Below, in pieces: positions 47,001 through 62,000 of a stretch of DNA of 64,000 nt. Source of the DNA: Tubulanus polymorphus (lineage: Eukaryota > Animalia > Nemertea); the NCBI RefSeq assembly GCF_964204645.1, contig NW_027437435.1, positions 116,836-180,835 on the forward strand, given 5' to 3'. Positions within the stretch are counted from its first letter, which is position 1. Each line of letters begins with the position of its first letter. The position numbers and the translations under genes were made by a program. The notes beneath the pieces are model-generated. The model was given only the letters and a program-made list of their open reading frames with translations. It searched no databases and was not told the origin of the DNA.

Positions 47001-50000
47001 ATATTCGATACGAAAACGTCTTTTCTCGCGCCGAACGACGTTTTCGCGTCGAAAAGTGCTTTTCCTGACGATTTGAGCGCTTTTACGCATTGGCATTGTC
47101 GTTTTACCGATAGGGAGAATATTCGACACGAAAACGTCTTTTCTCGCTCTGAACGACGTTTTCGCGTCGAAAAGTGCTTTTCCTGACGATTTGAGCGCTT
47201 TTACGCATCGGCATTGTCGTTTTTCCGATAGGGGGAATATTCGATACGAAAACGTCTTTTCTCGCGCTGAACGACGTTTTCGCGTCGAAAAGTGCTTTTC
47301 CTGACGATTTGAGCGCTTTTACGCATCGGCATTGTCGTTTTTCCGATAGGGGGAATATTCGAAAAGAAAACGTCTTTTCTCGCGCTGAACGACGTTTTCG
47401 CGTCGAAAAGTGCTTTTCCTGACGATTTGAGCGCTTTTACGCATCGGCATTGTCGTTTTTCCGATAGGGGGAATATTCGAAAAGAAAACGTCTTTTCTCG
47501 CGCAGAGCGACGTTTTCGCGTCGAAAAGTGCTTTTCCTGACGATTTGAGCGCTTTTACGCATCGGCATTGTCGTTTTTCCGATAGGGGGAATATTCGAAA
47601 AGAAAACGTCTTTTCTCGCGCAGAGCGACGTTTTCGCGTCGAAAAGTGCTTTTCCTGACGATTTGAGCGCTTTTACGCATCGACATTGTCGTTTTACCGA
47701 AAGGGAGAATATTCGACACGAAAACGTCTTTTCTCGCTCTCAACGACGTTTTCGCGTCGAAAAGTGCTTTTCCTGACGATTTGAGCGCTTTTACGCATCG
47801 GCATTGTCGTTTTTCCGATAGGGGGAATATTCGAAAAGAAAACGTCTTTTCTCGCGCAGAGCGACGTTTTCGCGTCGAAAAGTGCTTTTCCTGACGATTT
47901 GAGCGCTTTTACGCATCGGCATTGTCGTTTTTCCGATAGGGGGAATATTCGAAAAGAAAACGTCTTTTCTCGCGCTGAGCGACGTTTTCGCGTCGAAAAG
48001 TGCTTTTCCTGACGATTTGAGCGCTTTTACGCATCGGCATTGTCGTTTTTCCGATAGGGAGAATATTCAATACGAAAACGTCTTTTCTGGCGCCGAACGA
48101 CGTTTTCGCGTCGAAAAGTGCTTTTCCTGACGATTTGAGCGCTTTTACGCATCGGCATTGTCGTTTTTCCGATAGGGGGAATATTCGATACGAAAACGTC
48201 TTTTCTCGCGCTGAACGACGTTTTCGCGTCGAAAAGTGCTTTTCCTGACGATTTGAGCGCTTTTACGCATCGACATTGTCGTTTTTCCGATAGGGGGAAT
48301 ATTCGAAAAGAAAACGTCTTTTCTCGCGCTGAGCGACGTTTTCGCGTCGAAAAGTGCTTTTCCTGACGATTTGAGCGCTTTTACGCATCGGCATTGTCGT
48401 TTTTCCGATAGGGGGAATATTCGAAAAGAAAACGTCTTTTCTCGCGCTGAGCGACGTTTTCGCGTCGAAAAGTGCTTTTCCTGACGATTTGAGCGCTTTT
48501 ACGCATCGGCATTGTCGTTTTTCCGATAGGGGGAATATTCGAAAAGAAAACGTCTTTTCTCGCGCTGAGCGACGTTTTCGCGTCGAATAGTGCTTTTCCT
48601 GACGATTTGAGCGCTTTTACGCATCGGCATTGTCGTTTTTCCGATAGGGAGAATATTCGAAAAGAAAACGTCTTTTCTCGCGCAGAGCGACGTTTTCGCG
48701 TCGAAAAGTGCTTTTCCTGACGATTTGAGCGCTTTTACGCATCGGCATTGTCGTTTTTCCGATAGGGGGAATATTCGAAAAGAAAACGTCTTTTCTCGCG
48801 CAGAGCGACGTTTTCGCGTCGAAAAGTGCTTTTCCTGACGATTTGAGCGCTTTTACGCATCGGCATTGTCGTTTTTCCGATAGGGGGAATATTCGATACG
48901 AAAACGTCTTTTCTCGCGCCAAACGACGTTTTCGCGTCGAAAAGTGCTTTTCCTGACGATTTGAGCGCTTTTACGCATCGACATTGTCGTTTTTCCGATA
49001 GGGGGAATATTCGATACGAAAACGTCTTTTCTCGCGCCGAACGACGTTTTCGCGTCGAAAAGTGCTTTTCCTGACGATTTGAGCGCTTTTACGCATCGGC
49101 ATTGTCGTTTTTCCGATAGGGGGAATATTCGATACGAAAACGTCTTTTCTCGCGCTGAACGACGTTTTCGCGTCGAAAAGTGCTTTTCCTGACGATTTGA
49201 GCGCTTTTACGCATCGGCATTGTCGTTTTTCCGATAGGGGGAATATTCGATACGAAAACGTCTTTTCTCGCGCTGAACGACGTTTTCGCGTCGAAAAGTG
49301 CTTTTCCTGACGATTTGAGCGATTTTACGCATCGACATTGTCGTTTTTCCGATAGGGGGAATCTTCGAAAAGAAAACGTCTTTTCTCGCGCTGAGCGACG
49401 TTTTCGCGTCGAAAAGTGCTTTTCCTGACGATTTGAGCGCTTTTACGCATCGGCATTGTCGTTTTTCCGATAGGGGGAATATTCGAAAAGAAAACGTCTT
49501 TTCTCGCGCTGAGCGACGTTTTCGCGTCGAAAAGTACTTTTCCTGACGATTTGAGCGCTTTTACGCATCGGCATTGTCGTTTTTCCGATAGGGGGAATAT
49601 TCGAAAAGAAAACGTCTTTTCTCGCGCAGAGCGACGTTTTCGCGTCGAAAGAAGCTTTTCCTGACGATTTGAGCGCTTTTACGCATCGGCATTGTCGTTT
49701 TTCCGATAGGGGGAATATTCGAAAAGAAAACGTCTTTTCTCGCGCAGAGCGACGTTTTCGCGTCGAAAAGTGCTTTTCCTGACGATTTGAGCGCTTTTAC
49801 GCATCGACATTGTCGTTTTACCGATAGTGAGAATATTCGATACGAAAACGTCTTTTCTCGCGCTGAACGACGTTTTCGCGTCGAAAAGTGCTTTTCCTGA
49901 CGATTTGAGCGCTTTTACGCATCGACATTGTCGTTTTTCCGATAGGGGGAATATTCGATAAGAAAACGTCTTTTCTCGCGCTGAACTACGTTTTCGCGTC

Positions 50001-53000
50001 GAAAAGTGCTTTTCCTGACGATTTGAGCGCTTTTACGCATCGACATTGTCGTTTTTCCGATAGGGAGAATATTCGACACGAAAACGTCTTTTCTCGCGCC
50101 GAACGACGTTTTCGCGTCGAAAAGTGCTTTTCCTGACGATTTGAGCGCTTTTACGCATCGACATTGTCGTTTTACCGATAGGGAGAATATTCGACACGAA
50201 AACGTCTTTTCTCGCGCTGAACGACGTTTTCGCGTCGAAAAGTGCTTTTCCTGACGATTTGAGCGCTTTTACGCATCGGCATTGTCGTTTTTCCGATAGG
50301 GGGAATATTCGATACGAAAACGTCTTTTCTCGCGCCGAACGACGTTTTCGCGTCGAAAAGTGCTTTTCCTGACGATTTGAGCGCTTTTACGCATCGACAT
50401 TGTCGTTTTACCGATAGGGAGAATATTCGACACGAAAACGTCTTTTCTCGCGCTGAGCGACGTTTTCGCGTCAAAAAGTGCTTTTCCTGACGATTTGAGC
50501 GCTTTTACGCATCGGCATTGTCGTTTTTCCGATAGGGGGAATATCCGAAAAGAAAACGTCTTTTCTCGCGCTGAGCGACGTTTTCGCGTCGAAAAGTGCT
50601 TTTCCTGACGATTTGAGCGCTTTTACGCATCGACATTGTCGTTTTACCGATAGTGAGAATATTCGATACGAAAACGTCTTTTCTCGCGCTGAACGACGTT
50701 TTCGCGTCGAAAAGTGCTTTTCCTGACGATTTGAGCGCTTTTACGCATCGACATTGTCGTTTTTCCGATAGGGGGAATATTCGATAAGAAAACGTCTTTT
50801 CTCGCGCTGAACTACGTTTTCGCGTCGAAAAGTGCTTTTCCTGACGATTTGAGCGCGTTTACGCATCGACATTGTCGTTTTACCGATAGGGAGAATATTC
50901 GACACGAAAACGTCTTTTCTCGCGCTAAACGACGTTTTCGCGTCGAAAAGTGCTTTTCCTGACGATTTGAGCGCTTTTACGCATCGACATTGTCGTTTTA
51001 CCGATAGGGAGAATATTCGACACGAAAACGTCTTTTCTCGCGCTGAGCGACGTTTTCGCGTCGAAAAGTGCTTTTCCTGACGATTTGAGCGCTTTTACGC
51101 ATCGGCATTGTCGTTTTTCCGATAGGGGGAATATTCGAAAAGAAAACGTCTTTTCTCGCGCAGAGCGACGTTTTCGCGTCGAAAAGTGCTTTTCCTGACG
51201 ATTTGAGCGCTTTTACGCATCGGCATTGTCGTTTTTCCGATAGGGGGAATATTCGAAAAGAAAACGTCTTTTCTCGCGCTGAGCGACGTTTTCGCGTCGA
51301 AAAGTGCTTTTCCTGACGATTTGAGCGCTTTTACGCATCGGCATTGTCGTTTTTCCGATAGGAAGAATATTCAATACGAAAACGTCTTTTCTGGCGCCGA
51401 ACGACGTTTTCGCGTCGAAAAGTGCTTTTCCTGACGATTTGAGCGCTTTTACGCATCGACATTGTCGTTTTACCGATAGGGAGAATATTCGACACGAAAC
51501 GTCTTTTCTCGCTTTGAACGACGTTTTCGCGTCGAAAAGTGCTTTTCCTGACGATTTGAGCGCTTTTACGCATCGGCATTGTCGTTTTTCCGATAGGGGG
51601 AATATTCGATACGAAAACGTCTTTTCTCGCGCCGAACGACGTTTTCGCGTCGAAAAGTGCTTTTCCTGACGATTTGAGCGCTTTTACGCATCGACATTGT
51701 CGTTTTTCCGATAGGGGGAATATTCGATACGAAAACGTCTTTTCTCGCGCCGAACGACGTTTTCGCGTCGAAAAGTGCTTTTCCTGACGATTTGAGCGCT
51801 TTTACGCATCGGCATTGTCGTTTTACCGATAGGGAGAATATTCGACACGAAAACGTCTTTTCTCGCTCTGAACGACGTTTTCGCGTCGAAAAGTGCTTTT
51901 CCTGACGATTTGAGCGCTTTTACGCATCGGCATTGTCGTTTTTCCGATAGGGGGAATATTCGATACGAAAACGTCTTTTCTCGCGCTGAACGACGTTTTC
52001 GCGTCGAAAAGTGCTTTTCCTGACGATTTGAGCGCTTTTACGCATCGACATTGTCGTTTTTCCGATAGGGGGAATATTCGAAAAGAAAACGTCTTTTCTC
52101 GCGCTGAGCGACGTTTTCGCGTCGAAAATTGCTTTTCCTGACGATTTGAGCGCTTTTACGCATCGGCATTGTCGTTTTTCCGATAGGGGGAATATTCGAA
52201 AAGAAAACGTTTTTTCTCGCGCTGAGCGACGTTTTCGCGTCGAAAAGTGCTTTTCCTGACGATTTGAGCGCTTTTACGCATCGGCATTGTCGTTTTTCCG
52301 ATAGGGGGAATATTCGAAAAGAAAACGTCTTTTCTCGCGCAGAGCGACGTTTTCGCGTCGAAAAGTGCTTTTCCTGACGATTTGAGCGCTTTTACGCATC
52401 GGCATTGTCGTTTTTCCGATAGGGGGAATATTCGAAAAGAAAACGTCTTTTCTCGCGCAGAGCGACGTTTTCGCGTCGAAAAGTGCTTTTCCTGACGATT
52501 TGAGCGCTTTTACGCATCGACATTGTCGTTTTACCGATAGGGAGAATATTCGACACGAAAACGTCTTTTCTCGCTCTCAACGACGTTTTCGCGTCGAAAA
52601 GTGCTTTTCCTGACGATTTGAGCGCTTTTACGCATCGGCATTGTCGTTTTTCCGATAGGGGGAATATTCGAAAAGAAAACGTCTTTTCTCGCGCAGAGCG
52701 ACGTTTTCGCGTCGAAAAGTGCTTTTCCTGACGATTTGAGCGCTTTTACGCATCGGCATTGTCGTTTTACCGATAGGGAGAATATTCGACACGAAAACGA
52801 CTTTTCTCGCGCTGAACGACGTTTTCGGGTCGAAAAGTGCTTTTCCTGACGATTTGAGCGCTTTTACGCATCGACATTGTCGTTTTACCGATAGGGAGAA
52901 TATTCGACACGAAAACGTCTTTTCTCGCGCCGAACGACGTTTTCGCGTCGAAAAGTGCTTTTCCTGACGATTTGAGGGCTTTTACGCATCGACATTGTCG

Positions 53001-56000
53001 TTTTACCGATAGTGAGAATATTCGATAAGAAAACGTCTTTTCTCGCGCTGAACTACGTTTTCGCGTCGAAAAGTGCTTTTCCTGACGATTTGAGCGCTTT
53101 TACGCATCGACATTGTCGTTTTACCGATAGGGAGAATATTCGACACGAAAACGTCTTTTCTCGCGCTGAACGACGTTTTCGCGTCGAAAAGTGCTTTTCC
53201 TGACGATTTGAGCGCTTTTACGCATCGACATTGTCGTTTTACCGATAGTGAGAATATTCGGTACGAAAACGTCTTTTCTCGCGCTGAACGACGTTTTCGC
53301 GTCGAAAAGTGCTTTTCCTGACGATTTGAGCGCTTTTTCGCATCGACATTGTCGTTTTAATGTTCGATACGAAAACGACTTTTCTCGCGCCGAACGACGT
53401 TTTCGGGTCGAAAAGTGCTTTCCCTGACGATTTGAGCGCTTTTACGCATCGACATTGTCGTTTTACCGATAGGGAGAATATTCGACACGAAAACGTCTTT
53501 TCTCGCGCTGAACGACGTTTTCGCGTCGAAAAGTGCTTTTCCTGACGATTTGAGCGCTTTTACGCATCGACATTGTCGTTTTACCGATAGTGAGAATATT
53601 CGACACGAAAACGTCTTTTCTCGCGCTGAGCGACGTTTTCGCGTCGAAAAGTGCTTTTCCTGACGATTTGAGCGCTTTTACGCATCGATATTGTCGTTTT
53701 TTCCGATAGGGGGAATATTCGATAAGAAAACGTCTTTTCTCGCGCTGAACTACGTTTTCGCGTCGAAAAGTGCTTTTCCTGACGATTTGAGCGCTTTTAC
53801 GCATCGACATTGTCGTTTTTCCGATAGGGAGAATATTCAATACGAAAACGTCTTTTCTCGCGCCGAACGACGTTTTCGCGTCGAAAAGTGCTCTTCCTGA
53901 CGATTTGAGCGCTTTTACGCATCGACATTGTCGTTTTACCGATAGGGAGAATATTCGACACGAAAACGTCTTTTCTCGCTCTGAACGACGTTTTCGCGTC
54001 GAAAAGTGCTTTTCCAGACGATGTGAGCGCTTTTACGCATCGGCATTGTCGTTTTTCCGATAGGGGGAATATTCGATACGAAAACGTCTTTCTCGCGCTG
54101 AGCGACGTTTTCGCGTCGAAAAGTGCTTTTCCTGATGATTTGAGCGCTTTTACGCATCGGCATTGTTGTTTTTCCGATAGGGGGAATATTCGATAAGAAA
54201 ACGTCTTTTCTCGCGCTGAACTACGTTTTCGCGTCGAAAAGTGCTTTTCCTGACGATTTGAGCGCTTTTACGCATCGACATTGTCGTTTTTCCGATAGGG
54301 GGAATATTCGAAAAGAAAACGTCTTTTCTCGCGCTGAGCGACGTTTTCGCGTCGAAAAGTGCTTTTCCTGACGATTTGAGCGCTTTTACGCATCGACATT
54401 GTCGTTTTACCGATAGCGAGAATATTCGATACGAAAACGTCTTTTCTCGCGCTGAACGACGTTTTCGCGTCGAAAAGTGCTTTTCCTGACGATTTGAGCG
54501 CTTTTACGCATCGACATTGTCGTTTTACCGATAGGGAGAATATTCGACACGAAAACGTCTTTTCTCGCGCTGAACGACGTTTTCGCGTCGAAAAGTGCTT
54601 TTCCTGACGATTTGAGCGCTTTTACGCATCGACATTGTCGTTTTACCGATAGTGAGAATATTCAATACGAAAACGACTTTTCTCGCGCTGAACGACGTTT
54701 TCGGGTCGAAAAGTGCTTTTCTTGACGATTTGAGTGCTTTTACGCATCGACATTGTCGTTTTTCCGAAAGGGGGAATAGTCGATACGAAAACGTCTTTTC
54801 TCGCGCTGAGCGACGTTTTCGCGTCGAAAAGTGCTTTTCTTGACGATTTGAGCGCTTTTACGCATCGACATTGTCGTTTTTCCGATAGGGGGAATATTCG
54901 AAAAGAAAACGTCTTTTCTCGCGCTCAGCGACGTTTTCGCGTCGAAAAGTGCTTTTCCTGACGATTTGAGCGCTTTTACGCATCGATATTGTCGTTTTTC
55001 CGATAGGGGGAATATTCGATAAGAAAACGTCTTTTCTCGCGCTGAACTACGTTTTCGCGTCGAAAAGTGCTTTTCCTGACGATTTGAGCGCTTTTACGCA
55101 TCGACATTGTCGTTTTTCCGATAGGGAGAATATTCAATACGAAAACGTCTTTTCTCGCGCCGAACGACGTTTTCGCGTCGAAAAGTGCTTTTCCTGACGA
55201 TTTGAGCGCTTTTACGCATCGACATTGTCGTTTTACCGACAGGGAGAATATTCGACACGAAAACGTCTTTTCTCGCTCTGAACGACGTTTTCGCGTCGAA
55301 AAGTGCTTTTCTTGACGATTTGAGCGCTTTTACGCATCGACATTGTCGTTTTTCCGATAGGGGGAATATTCGATAAGAAAACGTCTTTTCTCGCGCTGAA
55401 CTACGTTTTCGCGTCGAAAAGTGCTTTTCCTGACGATTTGAGCGCTTTTACGCATCGACATTGTCGTTTTACCGATAGGGAGAATATTCGATACGAAAAC
55501 GTCTTTTCTCGCGCTGAGCGACGTTTTGGCGTCGAAAAGTGCTTTTCTTGACGATTTGAGCGCTTTTACGCATCGACATTGCCGTTTTTCCGATAGGGGG
55601 AATATTCGAAAAGAAAACGTCTTTTCTCGCGCTCAGCGACGTTTTCGCGTCGAAAAGTGCTTTTCCTGACGATTTGAGCGCTTTTACGCATCGATATTGT
55701 CGTTTTTCCGATAGGGGGAATATTCGATAAGAAAACGTCTTTTCTCGCGCTGAACTACGTTTTCGTGTCGAAAAGTGCTTTTCCTGACGATTTGAGCGCT
55801 TTTACGCATCGACATTGTCGTTTTTCCGATAGGGAGAATATTCAATACGAAAACGTCTTTTCTCGCGCCGAACGACGTTTTCGCGTCGAAAAGTGCTTTT
55901 CCTGACGATTTGAGCGCTTTTACGCATCGGCATTGTCGTTTTTCCGATCGGGGGAATATTCGATAAGAAAACGTCTTTTCTCGCGCCGAACGACGTTTTC

Positions 56001-59000
56001 GCGTCGAAAAGTGCTTTTCCTGACGATTTGAGCGCTTTTACGCATCGATATTGTCGTTTTTCCGATAGGGGGAATATTCCATAAGAAAACGTCTTTTCTC
56101 GCGCTGAACTACGTTTTCGCGACGAAAAGTGCTTTTCCTGACAATTTGAGCGCTTTTACGCATCGACATTGTCGTTTTTCCGATAGGGAGAATATTCAAT
56201 ACGAAAACGTCTTTTCTCGCGCCGAACGACGTTTTCGCGTCGAAAAGTGCTTTTCCTGACGATTTGAGCGCTTTTACGCATCGACATTGTCGTTTTACCG
56301 ATAGTGAGAATATTCAATACGAAAACGACTTTTCTCGCGCTGAACGACGTTTTCGGGTCGAAAAGTGCTTTTCCTGACGATTTGAGCGCTTTTACGCATC
56401 GACATTGTCGTTTTACCGATAGGGAGAATATTCGACACGAAAACGTCTTTTCTCGCGCTGAGCGACGTTTTCGGGTCGAAAAGTGCTTTTCCTGACGATT
56501 TGAGCGCTTTTACGCATCGACATTGTCGTTTCACCGATAGTGAGAATATTCGATACGAAAACGTCTTTTCTCGCGCTGAACGACGTTTTCGCGTCGAAAA
56601 GTGCTTTTCTTGACGATTTGAGCGCTTTTACGCATCGACATTGTCGTTTTTCCGATAGGGGGAATATTCGATAAGAAAACGTCTTTTCTCGCGATGAACT
56701 ACGTTTTCGCGTCGAAAAGTGCTTTTCCTGACGATTTGAGCGCTTTTACGCATCGACATTGTCGTTTTACCGATAGGGAGAATTTTCGACACGAAAACGT
56801 CTTTTCTCGCGCTGAACGACGTTTTCGCGTCGAAAAGTGCTTTTCCTGACGATTTGAGCGCTTTTACGCATCGACATTGTCGTTTTACCGATAGTGAGAA
56901 TATTCGATAAGAAAACGTCTTTTCTCGCGCTGAACTACGTTTTCGCGTCGAAAAGTGCTTTTCCTGACGATTTGAGCGCTTTTACGCATCGGCATTGTCG
57001 TTTTTCCGATCGGGGGAATATTCGATAAGAAAACGTCTTTTCTCGCGCCGAACGACGTTTTCGCGTCGAAAAGTGCTTTTCCTGACGATTTGAGCGCTTT
57101 TACGCATCGACATTGTCGTTTTTCCGATAGGGGGAATAGTCGATACGAAAACGTCTTTTCTCGCGCTGAGCGACGTTTTCGCGTCGAAAAGTGCTTTTCT
57201 TGACGATTTGAGCGCTTTTACGCATCGACATTGTCGTTTTTCCGATAGGGGGAATATTCGAAAAGAAAACGTCTTTTCTCGCGCTCAGCGACGTTTTCGC
57301 GTCGAAAAGTGCTTTTCCTGACGATTTGAGCGCTTTTACGCATCGATATTGTCGTTTTTCCGATAGGGGGAATATTCGATAAGAAAACGTCTTTTCTCGC
57401 GCTGAACTACGTTTTCGCGACGAAAAGTGCTTTTCCTGACGATTTGAGCGCTTTTACGCATCGACATTGTCGTTTTTCCGATAGGGAGAATATTCAATAC
57501 GAAAACGTCTTTTCTCGCGCCGAACGACGTTTTCGCGTCGAAAAGTGCTTTTCCTGACGATTTGAGCGCTTTTACGCATCGACATTGTCGTTTTACCGAT
57601 AGGGAGAATATTCGACACGAAAACGTCTTTTCTCGCGCTGAACGACGTTTTCGCGTCGAAAAGTGCTTTTCCTGACGATTTGAGCGCTTTTACGCATCGA
57701 CATTGTCGTTTTACCGATAGTGAGAATATTCGATAAGAAAACGTCTTTTCTCGCGCTGAACTACGTTTTCGCGTCGAAAAGTGCTTTTCCTGACGATTTG
57801 AGCGCTTTTACGCATCGGCATTGTCGTTTTTCCGATCGGGGGAATATTCGATAAGAAAACGTCTTTTCTCGCGCCGAACGACGTTTTCGCGTCGAAAAGT
57901 GCTTTTCCTGACGATTTGAGCGCTTTTACGCATCGATATTGTCGTTTTACCGATAGGGAGAATATTCGACACGAAAACGACTTTTCTCGCGCTGAACGAC
58001 GTTTTCGGGTCGAAAAGTGCTTTTCCTGACGATTTGAGCGCTTTTACGCATCGACATTGTCGTTTTACCGATAGGGAGAATATTCGACACGAAAATGTCT
58101 TTTCTCGCGCTGAACGACGTTTTCGCGTCGAAAAGTGCTTTTCCTGACGATTTGAGCGCTTTTACGCATCGACATTGTCGTTTTACCGATAGTGAGAATA
58201 TTCAATACGAAAACGACTTTTCTCGCGCTGAACGACGTTTTCGGGTCGAAAAGTGCTTTTCCTGACGATTTGAGCGCTTTTACGCATCGGCATTGTCGTT
58301 TTTCCGATAGGGAGAATATTCAATACGAAAACGTCTTTTCTCGCGCTGAGCGACGTTTTGGCGTCGAAAAGTGCTTTTCCTGACGATTTGAGCGCTTTTA
58401 CGCATCGACATTGTCGTTTCACCGATAGTGAGAATATTCGATACGAAAACGTCTTTTCTCGCGCCGAACGACGTTTTCGCGTCGAAAAGTGCTTTTCTTG
58501 ACGATTTGAGCGCTTTTACGCATCGACATTGTCGTTTTACCGATAGGGAGAATATTCGACACGAAAACGTCTTTTCTCGCGCTGAACGACGTTTTCGCGT
58601 CGAAAAGTGCTTTTCCTGACGATTTGAGCGCTTTTACGCATCGACATTGTCGTTTTACCGATAGGGAGAATATTCGACACGAAAACGTCTTTTCTCGCGC
58701 TGAACGACGTTTTCGCGTCGAAAAGTGCTTTTCTTGACGATTTGAGCGCTTTTACGCATCGACATTGTCGTTTTTCCGATAGGGGGAATATTCGATAAGA
58801 AAACGTCTTTTCTCGCGCTGAACTACGTTTTCGCGTCGAAAAGTGCTTTTCCTGACGATTTGAGCGCTTTTACGCATCGACATTGTCGTTTTACCGATAG
58901 TGAGAATATTCGATAAGAAAACGTCTTTTCTCGCGCTGAACTACGTTTTCGCGTCGAAAAGTGCTTTTCCTGACGATTTGAGCGCTTTTACGCATCGGCA

Positions 59001-62000
59001 TTGTCGTTTTTCCGATCGGGGGAATATTCGATAAGAAAACGTCTTTTCTCGCGCCGAACGACGTTTTCGCGTCGAAAAGTGCTTTTCCTGACGATTTGAG
59101 CGCTTTTACGCATCGATATTGTCGTTTTACCGATAGGGAGAATATTCGACACGAAAACGACTTTTCTCGCGCTGAACGACGTTTTCGGGTCGAAAAGTGC
59201 TTTTCCTGACGATTTGAGCGCTTTTACGCATCGACATTGTCGTTTTACCGATAGGGAGAATATTCGACACGAAAACGTCTTTTCTCGCGCTGAACGACGT
59301 TTTCGCGTCGAAAAGTGCTTTTCCTGACGATTTGAGCGCTTTTACGCATCGACATTGTCGTTTTACCGATAGTGAGAATATTCAATACGAAAACGACTTT
59401 TCTCGCGCTGAACGACGTTTTCGGGTCGAAAAGTGCTTTTCCTGACGATTTGAGCGCTTTTACGCATCGACATTGTCGTTTTTCCGATAGGGGGAATAGT
59501 CGATACGAAAACGTCTTTTCTCGCGCTGAGCGACGTTTTCGCGTCGAAAAGTGCTTTTCTTGACGATTTGAGCGCTTTTACGCATCGACATTGTCGTTTT
59601 TCCGATAGGGGGAATATTCGAAAAGAAAACGTCTTTTCTCGCGCTCAGCGACGTTTTCGCGTCGAAAAGTGCTTTTCCTGACGATTTGAGCGCTTTTACG
59701 CATCGACATTGTCGTTTTACCGATAGGGAGAATATTCGACACGAAAACGTCTTTTCTCGCGCTGAACGACGTTTTCGCGTCGAAAAGTGCTTTTCCTGAC
59801 GATTTGAGCGCTTTTACGCATCGACATTGTCGTTTTACCGATAGTGAGAATATTCGATAAGAAAACGTATTTTCTCGCGCTGAACTACGTTTTCGCGTCG
59901 AAAAGTGTTTTTACTGACGATTTGAGCGCTTTTACGCATCGGCATTGTCGTTTTCCCGATCGGGGGAATATTCGATAAGAAAACGTCTTTTCTCGCGCCG
60001 AACGACGTTTTCGCGTCGAAAAGTGCATTTCCTGACGATTTGAGCGCTTTTACGCATCGATATTGTCGTTTTACCGATAGGGAGAATATTCGACACGAAA
60101 ACGACTTTTCTCGCGCTGAACGACGTTTTCGGGTCGAAAAGTGCTTTTCCTGACGATTTGAGCGCTTTTACGCATCGACATTGTCGTTTTACCGATAGGG
60201 AGAATATTCGACACGAAAACGTCTTTTCTCGCGCTGAACGACGTTTTCGCGTCGAAAAGTGCTTTTCCTGACGATTTGAGCGCTTTTACGCATCGACATT
60301 GTCGTTTTACCGATAGTGAGAATATTCAATACGAAAACGACTTTTCTCGCGCTGAACGACGTTTTCGGGTCGAAAAGTGCTTTTCCTGACGATTTGAGCG
60401 CTTTTACGCATCGACATTGTCGTTTTTCCGATAGGGGGAATAGTCGATACGAAAACGTCTTTTCTCGCGCTGAGCGACGTTTTCGCGTCGAAAAGTGCTT
60501 TTCTTGACGATTTGAGCGCTTTTACGCATCGACATTGTCGTTTTTCCGATAGGGGGAATATTCGAAAAGAAAACGTCTTTTCTCGCGCTCAGCAACGTTT
60601 TCGCGTCGAAAAGTGCTTTTCCTGACGATTTGAGCGCTTTTACGCATCGATATTGTCGTTTTTCCGATAGGGGGAATATTCGATAAGAAAACGTCTTTTC
60701 TCGCGCTGAACTACGTTTTCGTGTCGAAAAGTGCTTTTCCTGACGATTTGAGCGCTTTTACGCATCGACATTGTCGTTTTTCCGATAGGGAGAATATTCA
60801 ATACGAAAACGTCTTTTCTCGCGCCGAACGACGTTTTCGCGTCGAAAAGTGCTTTTCCTGACGATTTGAGCGCTTTTACGCATCGGCATTGTCGTTTTTC
60901 CGATCGGGGGAATATTCGATAAGAAAACGTCTTTTCTCGCGCCGAACGACGTTTTCGCGTCGAAAAGTGCTTTTCCTGACGATTTGAGCGCTTTTACGCA
61001 TCGATATTGTCGTTTTTCCGATAGGGGGAATATTCCATAAGAAAACGTCTTTTCTCGCGCTGAACTACGTTTTCGCGACGAAAAGTGCTTTTCCTGACGA
61101 TTTGAGCGCTTTTACGCATCGACATTGTCGTTTTTCCGATAGGGAGAATATTCAATACGAAAACGTCTTTTCTCGCGCCGAACGACGTTTTCGCGTCGAA
61201 AAGTGCTTTTCCTGACGATTTGAGCGCTTTTACGCATCGACATTGTCGTTTTACCGATAGGGAGAATATTCGACACGAAAACGTCTTTTCTCGCTCTGAA
61301 CGACGTTTTCGCGTCGAAAAGTGCTTTTCCAGACGATGTGAGCGCTTTTACGCATCGGCATTGTCGTTTTTCCGATAGGGGGAATATTCGATACGAAAAC
61401 GTCTTTCTCGCGCTGAGCGACGTTTTCGCGTCGAAAAGTGCTTTTCCTGATGATTTGAGCGCTTTTACGCATCGGCATTGTTGTTTTTCCGATAGGGGGA
61501 ATATTCGATAAGAAAACGTCTTTTCTCGCGCTGAACTACGTTTTCGCGTCGAAAAGTGCTTTTCCTGACGATTTGAGCGCTTTTACGCATCGACATTGTC
61601 GTTTTTCCGATAGGGGGAATATTCGAAAAGAAAACGTCTTTTCTCGCGCTGAGCGACGTTTTCGCATCGAAAAGTGCTTTTCCTGACGATTTGAGCGCTT
61701 TTACGCATCGACATTGTCGTTTTACCGATAGGGAGAATATTCGATACGAAAACGTCTTTTCTCGCGCTGAACGACGTTTTCGCGTCGAAAAGTGCTTTTC
61801 CTGACGATTTGAGCGCTTTTACGCATCGACATTGTCGTTTTACCGATAGGGAGAATATTCGACACGAAAACGTCTTTTCTCGCGCTGAACGACGTTTTCG
61901 CGTCGAAAAGTGCTTTTCTTGACGATTTGAGCGCTTTTACGCATCGACATTGTCGTTTTTCCGATAGGGGGAATATTCGATAAGAAAACGTCTTTTCTCG

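Noticed and set aside
53350-53370. Irregular monomer (GTCGTTTTAATGTTCGATAC) as a possible excision footprint
   Set aside because: It looks like a simple ~14-bp deletion with no duplication or element remnant.
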